Assembly (NCBI GenBank): GCA_001599295.1
Contig: BCGN01000006.1
Coordinates: 310,001 to 374,000 of the forward strand
Source of the DNA: Sporopachydermia quercuum
Taxonomy: Eukaryota
Direction of reading: 5' to 3'
Length of the DNA stretch: 64,000 bases
A program made the position numbers and the translations under genes. This document shows, piece by piece, positions 56,171-64,000 of this stretch (positions are counted from its first letter, which is position 1; each line of letters starts with the position of its first letter). The notes under the pieces are model-generated. The model ran no database searches. It had not been told where the DNA came from and was given only the letters and a program-made list of their open reading frames with translations.

Positions 56171-58996
56171 ATGATAGATCTAACCAACACTAATTATCCT
56201 TCAACGGATAAACTGATCAAAGCACGAAGTGCTCTTAATTCAAATTATCTATCAGTCACAGGACCTGAAGGTGCTAACTCAGATTCTGAGAACAGTTATA
56301 GTACTGACTCTCTTTCATTCATAAATGAAGATACTGTTGATGCTATCGCCAATAACAGTGATATCTCTGACGAGGACAAGAGCGATAAGCTTCAACAGTT
56401 ATATTTTTTGGCTTGTGCCAATGACAATGCAGGAGTTTTGAGCAAATTACTAGACGAACCTGTAATCGATCAGGAGAAACTTGTTGATTGGAACAAATTA
56501 GATGATTCAGGCTTCACGGGTCTTATTTATGCTAGTTGCTTTGGCCACGAAAGAATAGTCGAATTACTATTGAGAGCCGACAACATAAAGGTAAACCAAA
56601 CAGATAAGTTCTCATGGACAGCATTAATGTGGGCCGTTAGTAATGCCCATCTGGAGATAACTAAAGATTTGCTTGCAGCTGGTGCGTCCGTTTCCTTTAC
56701 ATCTGTGAACGGTTCTTCAGCTGCTAGTATTGTTGCTTCAAAACCTGGTTCAGAATTATATGTATACTTTAAAACCCTGGGACTTCTAACAGCTGCTGGC
56801 TCTGCTCTCCTGGCAGGAACATCTACTAGTGCTATTTCTAGTCGCTTAGTTTCCTCGTCTGCTGGCACAGCCATCGGAAATGTAACTGGGAATGCTGCTT
56901 TGGGTGCTGCTGCCGCGAGTACTATGGACCATATGGGCTCTTCAATCGCATCAGGAGGTTTGAATCTGAGTTCTGTGGCGTCAGCAATTCCTTTTGATAT
57001 GGAAAGCAAGTTCACCGGCTCTATTCCAGGGATTCCAGAAGAAGATGATAATGCATTTAAACTGAAGATGCAACAAGCATCTGTAATGGGCTCTTATTTC
57101 GGTAATAATGATGCCTCTTTCAGTTCTCAGAATGATGATTTTGAAAACTTCGAGAAAAGTTCAACTGAGTTATTTCCTGAAGATGATTTCAACTGGACAC
57201 GTTGTTTATCTTCACAATGCTATCATTTCCAAGAAAGAGATATTCCTTTAGTACTTGAAGCGGCTATCAGTAAATTTGATCATGAGCTTTGTCGAAAATA
57301 CAACTATTCCCCGTTGTCAGCCAATCTTTTATTTTTGGCTTGTAGGTATGCTTTCTACATGGGATCTGAAGAGTTTTTGGAAGGTTTTGTAGATCCTATT
57401 ATTGTGAGACTTAAGAATAAAATAAAAGAGAATGAAAAGGATCTGACATATTTGATTTACTGGTTAAGCAACTCTTTCTTTCTGTTGTATTACTTACAAA
57501 AGGATGCTGGCGGATTGAAGGAACATACCNAATCATTTCGAAGAGAACTTTCTATCTTGATTAAATCAGAACTGATCCCAATGGTGATTAATGATACAAC
57601 TAGGCGTATTGATGTTATTCTAGATGGCTCTATACTCGATTATGAAAGTATACCTGATGTCAGTGAAGTCAGGTATCAGAATGAATGGAGTATTTTCCAT
57701 CATCATAAGGGAAATAGTAATAAGGCAGCTGAATCCTTACGAGATTTGATTCAAGTTCCCACTCTTGAAAGCCTCACAATGACTACTCCTTTTAACCTTA
57801 CTTCTGTCTTATCATCTTTATTGTATCTGCTAGAACTTCATTCAATTCATCCTTTAATTAAACAGGAAATTCTGAGTCAAGTGCTATACTGGATATCCTC
57901 TGTTTTGTTCAACAGAATACTGATGGAAAAGAAGTACTGTGCTAGGACCAAGTCTATGCAAATAAGGCTCAATATATCTATCATTGAAGACTGGGTCAGA
58001 ATTCACAACTTGGATCCCTTTGAAAATCATCCAGAAGGAAAAGAAGAAATGGAACGTTCAGGGGAAATGTCACAGGCTTTATCATTTGTGTATTCTAATT
58101 TATCCACTATTTCGCGGTATCATTTTGCCCCTGTTATTCAACTTTTGCAATGGCTCCAGACTTTTTCATCTTTTGGTACCGATGCGAAAAGTGTTGAAGC
58201 AACACTGAGAGAACTTCCCGACGTGACGCCTTTGCAATTGAGAGAATCTGTTGTAATGTATAGGTATGAAAAGGGAGAGAAGAATATAAATAAACAGCTT
58301 TTGAAAACATTAAAGTCGTTGGAGATTGAGTATGCCAAGTTGAAAGGACAGTCTGCACCTTTTGCTCCATATGCTAAAGAAATTGCCGTTGATCAAGGTG
58401 CAACAGAAGAAGATCAAGATAATGAGAAACTTGAGAGCACTGATAAGAGTACTGATGAAAGTACTGACAAGAAAGGCGATAAAAAGATTGGTGATAAAGA
58501 GAAGAAAGACGAGATACCAAAAGAGGAAAAACAATATTCTATAAGACACACGAGACCAACTATGCATATAACTTCTAGCAATGATTTAGAGAAGGATATT
58601 TATCTGGATGCTTCACTGCTCTTGCCAATTTCATTTCCTACACAATATCAAATGGTTCTTGAATGGGGTGCAGGATTGGGTGGAACTAATAGGGAAAACG
58701 TGAAAAAGTTTACTCCGTTTGTTGCTGATGAGTTGCGAGATCAAATAGATAACGACAACAACAAACTTGGAAGGATATCAGCTACTACTGGTGATAAGTA
58801 TAATGATTCTAATGATGAAGACCAGCAAGGGGATCTGGCTGATGGATATAAAGAGCATGACGGGATGGATAGAGGGGCAATTGATAGTGTGTTTAAGTCA
58901 GTAGCTTTTCCAGGTATGGCAGCTCATAGAACTTGGGGAGAGGATGATGTTGAGAATGATATTGATGATTTGAGCAGAACGTTGAATCCGTGGTAA
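56171..58996 (+). CDS. Ankyrin-repeat and DIL (dilute) domain protein
   Basis: Ankyrin repeats (GFTGLIYASCFGH, WTALMWAVSNAH) and a DIL domain (YWLSN, LFNRIL..RTKSMQIRLNISIIEDW, QLLQWLQ). Confidence 0.88.
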   Translation: MIDLTNTNYPSTDKLIKARSALNSNYLSVTGPEGANSDSENSYSTDSLSFINEDTVDAIANNSDISDEDKSDKLQQLYFLACANDNAGVLSKLLDEPVIDQEKLVDWNKLDDSGFTGLIYASCFGHERIVELLLRADNIKVNQTDKFSWTALMWAVSNAHLEITKDLLAAGASVSFTSVNGSSAASIVASKPGSELYVYFKTLGLLTAAGSALLAGTSTSAISSRLVSSSAGTAIGNVTGNAALGAAAASTMDHMGSSIASGGLNLSSVASAIPFDMESKFTGSIPGIPEEDDNAFKLKMQQASVMGSYFGNNDASFSSQNDDFENFEKSSTELFPEDDFNWTRCLSSQCYHFQERDIPLVLEAAISKFDHELCRKYNYSPLSANLLFLACRYAFYMGSEEFLEGFVDPIIVRLKNKIKENEKDLTYLIYWLSNSFFLLYYLQKDAGGLKEHTXSFRRELSILIKSELIPMVINDTTRRIDVILDGSILDYESIPDVSEVRYQNEWSIFHHHKGNSNKAAESLRDLIQVPTLESLTMTTPFNLTSVLSSLLYLLELHSIHPLIKQEILSQVLYWISSVLFNRILMEKKYCARTKSMQIRLNISIIEDWVRIHNLDPFENHPEGKEEMERSGEMSQALSFVYSNLSTISRYHFAPVIQLLQWLQTFSSFGTDAKSVEATLRELPDVTPLQLRESVVMYRYEKGEKNINKQLLKTLKSLEIEYAKLKGQSAPFAPYAKEIAVDQGATEEDQDNEKLESTDKSTDESTDKKGDKKIGDKEKKDEIPKEEKQYSIRHTRPTMHITSSNDLEKDIYLDASLLLPISFPTQYQMVLEWGAGLGGTNRENVKKFTPFVADELRDQIDNDNNKLGRISATTGDKYNDSNDEDQQGDLADGYKEHDGMDRGAIDSVFKSVAFPGMAAHRTWGEDDVENDIDDLSRTLNPW

Positions 58997-59381
58997 TGAA
59001 TAAGGGTNTGTTTTTTTGTTTTACCTCTTGTCTGGACCGAGACGGTTAAAAGTGAGTGTTTATGAAAACATACGATGATGTAGTGTGAAATGGTGAAGAA
59101 CGAATGATGTGATCTTATCGAAGAAGTTTGTTAGCCGATATGGATATAATCTATATCAATTAGTTAGAGGCATTTGACTAATACCAGTTGATATTCGTGG
59201 ATATGCTGGTGAATCCATCTTAGTACCGTCAATATGATCAAATAGGGTAATCTGTTGGTACTGATCGGCTATGTAGCAAATAATAATTATCAAAGGGAAT
59301 GCCAGTTATTTTGTTGTAGAGCAATAATTGTACTATATTATTGGTCAATGTATCCTGATTAGCTATGTTGATAAGCCTAAC

Positions 59382-60936
59382 TTACTGATTCCTCTTAAAC
59401 TTAAACCTCTTCAGAGAAGTCCAGCTTTTCCTTGATAACAATCGGGAACGTGATCTATTATCGATATTATCGTTTAATTGACTATCATTCATATCAACAT
59501 TATTCTCAAAATCCTTGCGACGAATGGAAGAGCTCATCGACTGAGAGGNTTCTGACATGTATTCTTTTTCTTTTTCTTTTTCTTTCTCTTTCGCTTTCTT
59601 GTTTTTGATATTGTTGTTCCTATTTTCTGTAATTCCGCTTGCTGTCTGAAAACTAGGAAATTCACTACTATCAAGGGTATCATCTTTGTTCTCAAATCCG
59701 TAAGATACAATTCCAACAGGTAAGTCCGTTGGTCTGTTAGAAATTAGAGGTGAAACTTCGTCAAGATCAAGAAAGTTACTGTTTTGGCCTCCATTTGTAC
59801 TTATTGAATTCAGAGTGGCACTATTTGTTTCTGGTCTGCTATACATTGCTCTGTATTCATAGATAGTGGAAGGTGGGAATAACGAATGGGGTCTATCTTT
59901 GAAGAAGAATTCAATGAGCTTCTCTTTGAATCTTGATCGGTCCTTCTCTTTCTTTCTTTTTGTTGTTTTGTCCTTTTTCGGCTCATTTGCATCCTCCCGT
60001 CCTTCTTTTTCATCTTTTCCACCCTTGTCTTCTTTTTCTAGTTCAGAGGATGCGGTATTTGGTGGTGTGTCAAACAAGAGGTCATCGCGTTCTCTTGACA
60101 AATCTCCACCTTGCTTTGAACAAACTATCTCATTCATGAAACAGATCATCGTTAGGTGCTCAAATGCTAGTTTATTTTTCATTGATATGCTACAGTTGAT
60201 TGTCTCAAGTTCTCTTGAAAGAATTGCCTCACAGTTGTCTGTTTCTAAACAGATTTCAATGGCCTGCAGTAAATGTGCCTTCACGTTAGGAGCAAATGGT
60301 GATCTCAGAGTTCTAGTGTATGTAGTTCCATCGGGCCTAAAATTATGAGGTAGGTAATCCGCATAAGATATTTGTTCTGTTTGAGCTGATTAGATAATTT
60401 GATTGAGACATAAGGGGATTATAATTGAATATAAATAGGTAAACTTACTGCTAATAAGTGGATGGTATTCTTTCAAATCACCCTTGTTTGACTCTTGATT
60501 TTCTGATAGCGTCAGTGAAAAAGAAATAAAAATAACGTTAGAAAAAGCCAACCTCACTTACGAAGCCTAGTAGCACTCTTATTAGATAGGGTCTATTATT
60601 ACCTGAACTCTGAGGATCTTTCATTTCAGAATCCTCAGACTGTTCCTCTCTTGATTGCGATTTTTCTGGTTGTTGCTGATCATCTACAATCTTCACTTGC
60701 CCATTTGAAAGTTTCACTTTTAGGACTGATCTTGGATATTTTTCCATGATCTCCTTATGAAAAATCTTAACATTAACATCTTCTTCTGAATCGCTTTGTT
60801 TTGTGTCTTTTTCCTTGTGTTTTAAGTCTTTCCTAGACTCNTCATCATGTAAAGTCTTCTCAGTGCTGCCAGTAGTATTTGTTGCTATTGCAATTTCAGC
60901 GTCACCAATAGGGATTAGTTTTGCTCTTTTGACCAT
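59382..60936 (-). CDS. Hypothetical hydrophilic protein, probably three exons (60936-~60603, 60502-60449, 60385-59382)
   Basis: Two long ORFs are joined through a phase-1/1 54-nt exon. Intron 2 is GTAAGT...TCTAATCAG. The intron 1 acceptor is CACTGAC...CAG, but its donor is uncertain (60602 GTAATA or 60557 GTGAGG). Confidence 0.55.
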
Positions 60937-61692
60937 TTTGATATTGGTTTAAAAGCTATAAATTCTTTTTTCGAAAGCCAGTAGTACTTGAGCTAAGGTG
61001 AATAGTAGCAATCCAACCAGTTCTTTATTTCAGGAAGTACAGTGAACCAATGTGTCAACATAGACAATTCACCTGTTTTTGATAGAGAAGGAAAGAAGTG
61101 TCTTCCACACTCTGGACTCTTCTTGACTTTGTTCTATAGCCAAGAAATTATATATTTGTTCTTCTGTGGTTCTAGAGCTGTTTGTTGTTTATTCAATTTG
61201 CTGTTATTGTGATGAAATTCTATGTCCAGTCAATTCATAGTTTGCTACCCCACAAAACCATAAATAATCTGACAGTTATTGTACCTATCTAACATAGAAA
61301 AGGAGTAATAAATCTTATCAGTAAATGATTACCTCATCAAATAAAATTTGTTCGGACTCTGGACATCAATCTAAGTATGTATTATTAGGGGGGAGGGGGT
61401 AGATATTTTTAACTTATCAAGCTTACATGATGTGCAAGAACCTCATTATCCATGCATATGTATGCTAGTGAGTGAAATGAGTGCTTAATTCTTTAATGCT
61501 GTGAGAACATATGATAGACTCACAAGACGAAAAGAGACGATCTAGGATAAATAGTCGAGAGCTAGTAAGTCTTGAAGTCAAGTGAATACAAGCAATAGAG
61601 AGCGTACTACAAGTCTGCAANAATAGCCATCACGTCAGTCATATAAAGGAGAGGCAGATATCTTGATCACAAAGAAATAGTATTCGTATGCA

Positions 61693-62802
61693 ATGAGACT
61701 GAGAATAAAAGGTATACTAAGAGGGGCGATCANTCTTTCTGTGTTATCAACAGTGGCATACGGAGAAAGTAGGCATGGAAAGAAAGAGCTCGATAAGATA
61801 GAGACTACTACAGATGACAATGGAGATGATGGGAATACCGAAAAGCCACTTGACCCATGCACTGCAGTGAACCCTTTGACAGGAGGATTCTATGATTTGA
61901 GAGCGATTGGTAGTTTCAGTGGTGATGAGGTAATGTAAGCAATAAAATCGAGGATTGAATAGGTTACGCAGGAGGGATTGAAGTAGAGCTTATTCTAACA
62001 TTTTGTTTTAGAAATTCTTGGGGCGCCAAAGGATATGACTATGGGAGAAACTTCAGTCTAGGTATATGCTCTTCTCCCGTGAAACCAGGATCAGTTATTG
62101 AAGATGCGAAGAATGAAACAGAAGTTGCCGCCTATTATACTGAATACGACGGTACCAAAATTTCAATTGGGTAAGTTAAGAAGGAAAACCATGCTGGAAC
62201 TTAAACAAACGCGTACTAACAAAAAATTTCACAGTTCTATCAACACACAACCGAAATTCAGAGGTAGAAAATTAGTACTAGAATATTACAATGGGTCATA
62301 CTGTTCTGCCGATCATAAAACTCGAAAATCAACACTTTTAACATTCACATGCGATAGAGATATAATGCAAGTAGCATCAGTATCATTCCTGGGAGTACTA
62401 AACGAATGTGATTACTTTTTTGAGGTAAGAACAGTACACGCATGTCCTACAGCTCCAAATAATAATTCAGGACCTTTAATATGGATCTTCTTGTTGATTC
62501 TATTTGCGGCCTTAGCTGTTTTCTTCGCAGGCGGTATGCTATATAAAAGGGTCATACAGCGAAAACGAGGTTGGAGACCAATACCTACCAATAACAAAAA
62601 GTTCAGTGGATTACGATCTGCAGGCAAGGTCCTTGGTTCATGTTTTCCGTTCAACTTAATTGCATCAAGATTTATATCCGTAAATCTGGACAATGAAGCT
62701 GCTAGCGATGATAGACTAGATGATAATTTTTCAAGCTATGAGCAACAAAACGATTTACTAGATGCTCTGGATATTGACAGCGATGCTGCTTCAATTCAGT
62801 AA
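61693..62802 (+). CDS. MRL1: Mannose-6-phosphate receptor-like protein, exons 61693-61934, 62012-62170, 62235-62802
   Basis: Signal peptide, PCTAVNP..FYDL, WGAKGYDYGRNFSLGIC, KFRGRKLVLEY.NGSYC, CDYFFEVRTVHAC and a TM helix. Introns GTAAGC..TTCTAAC..TAG and GTAAGT..TACTAAC..CAG, both phase 2. Confidence 0.9.
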
Positions 62803-64000
62803 ATAACGCGCTATACATGCTTTCAAATACCTAGTTGTTAGAATATAGTGGGAACGCGCTAGTAGCCTCTCAAAAAAGTTCAATGTATAAACTACCCAGT
62901 TCAATAGACAATCATCAGCACACTCAAAATATATTTCGTATCTCATATTATAATTATAAGGACTTTTTTCATGATCATGTACAACCTGCATACAGAGACA
63001 TAAACTCTAATATTTCATATCTTCAAATAGTTATGGCAGAGGAAGAACAACAGCAAACTGAAATAGTAAAAGGTGAACAATTTCATTATGTACAAATAAA
63101 AATATATATGCCCTTGAACCAAATAGAAAATTTCAGAATCCTGAAATAGCAGATGACTCATTCTTTGAAAAAACCAAGTCAATGTAACATACGGTTACTC
63201 ATTGCACCCTTTCACTCCAACGGAAATCACCCTCAACAGACAGACTGAGTGATGTTCTACAAGCACAACTGAATAAGAGTCCGAAAAGCTGTGAATTATC
63301 GCTTACAATAGTAGAAAAGCGAATATGTTATTATCGCATGTTCAGGTACATAATGAATCTTTCAAGTCAGTTGCTCATGTTGATTAGATCTGATTTTCCT
63401 TCCGAACGTTTCATCATACATCTCTTCTCATTAACTCTCTTATCTTTCTGGATAACTGCAATTGACGAAAACACTGAAACCTTACATATCCTCCTTCTGG
63501 TACGCCAGCCAAAACCAAAGTATTCCTTGACCTTCAATTGTTGCGATATGCATGAAAACATATACATGCTCCATAGTTGTCTCAAAATTTTATTCTAAAT
63601 CTCGTTGAACCTTCAAAACTATTCAAGTATATTCTCTTTTTGAATTTATTATTATCTTCTCATCATGTTTGGCTACTCTAAATCCATAATTACTGCCGTA
63701 GAGGCTCATGTACTATCCAGTACCGACAGCGAACGGCCTCCATAAACTCATCCTATTCCCAATCTTACGCTACCTGTAATTATCATACCGATAATACCAT
63801 GACCTCCAAACCAGACTAATAAAAGACACCTGGCTGATAACCCGAACAACTTCAGAGTAAAAATTTTTCCAGGGATTTTTCAATTCCCCTCACATTGAAA
63901 AATTCAATTCCTTATAGTCACAGCTTTTTCATTTCCTTTTTCTTCTTCCTCTTTTCTTCACATTTGTTTGATTTTCTTTTCTTTTGGTTTTCTTCTTTTC

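Noticed and set aside
1395..62991. Numerous short ORFs antisense to or nested in the called genes
   Set aside because: Shadow ORFs produced by codon bias of the real genes.
63033..63190. MAEEEQQQTEIVK, a possible first exon
   Set aside because: No consensus donor or branch site, and no long downstream frame.
1..64000. Alternative CUG decoding (Ser or Ala)
   Set aside because: CTG falls at conserved Leu positions (SAP domain QLKE, DLD1 DFLV, ICL1 NILK, SDD3 EKLV).
1..64000. tRNA, rRNA or CRISPR arrays
   Set aside because: No cloverleaf with A/B boxes, rRNA-like sequence or repeat-spacer array was seen by eye. The sequence is eukaryotic.

Overview
AT-rich, intron-containing budding-yeast (Saccharomycotina-like) chromosome segment. 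CTG falls at conserved Leu positions (standard code), and scattered single N bases suggest a heterozygous assembly. About 20 protein-coding genes are supported: a Pet10/Sps4-like perilipin, a GCR1_C transcription factor, an SDD3-like M16 peptidase, DUF92/TMEM19, DLD1, DFG10, THO1, a CENP-B/pogo-derived protein, ICL1, GCN4, a Cdc11-group septin, ClpP, a class I chitin synthase, a copper amine oxidase, striatin/FAR8, PHO88, an ankyrin+DIL protein, MRL1, one unknown spliced gene and two small ORFs. The main discovery is a ~1.4 kb non-coding region (~47450-48890) with many nested long-range complementary segments, a pseudoknot and a terminal Sm-like site, which matches the architecture of a budding-yeast telomerase RNA. 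Also notable: a GCN4 leader with nine uORFs plus a perfect Gcn4 site, an unannotated 57-aa membrane microprotein, a frameshifted FCY2-type permease pseudogene and copia-integrase-like relics. All calls were made by eye; no searches or folding programs were run.
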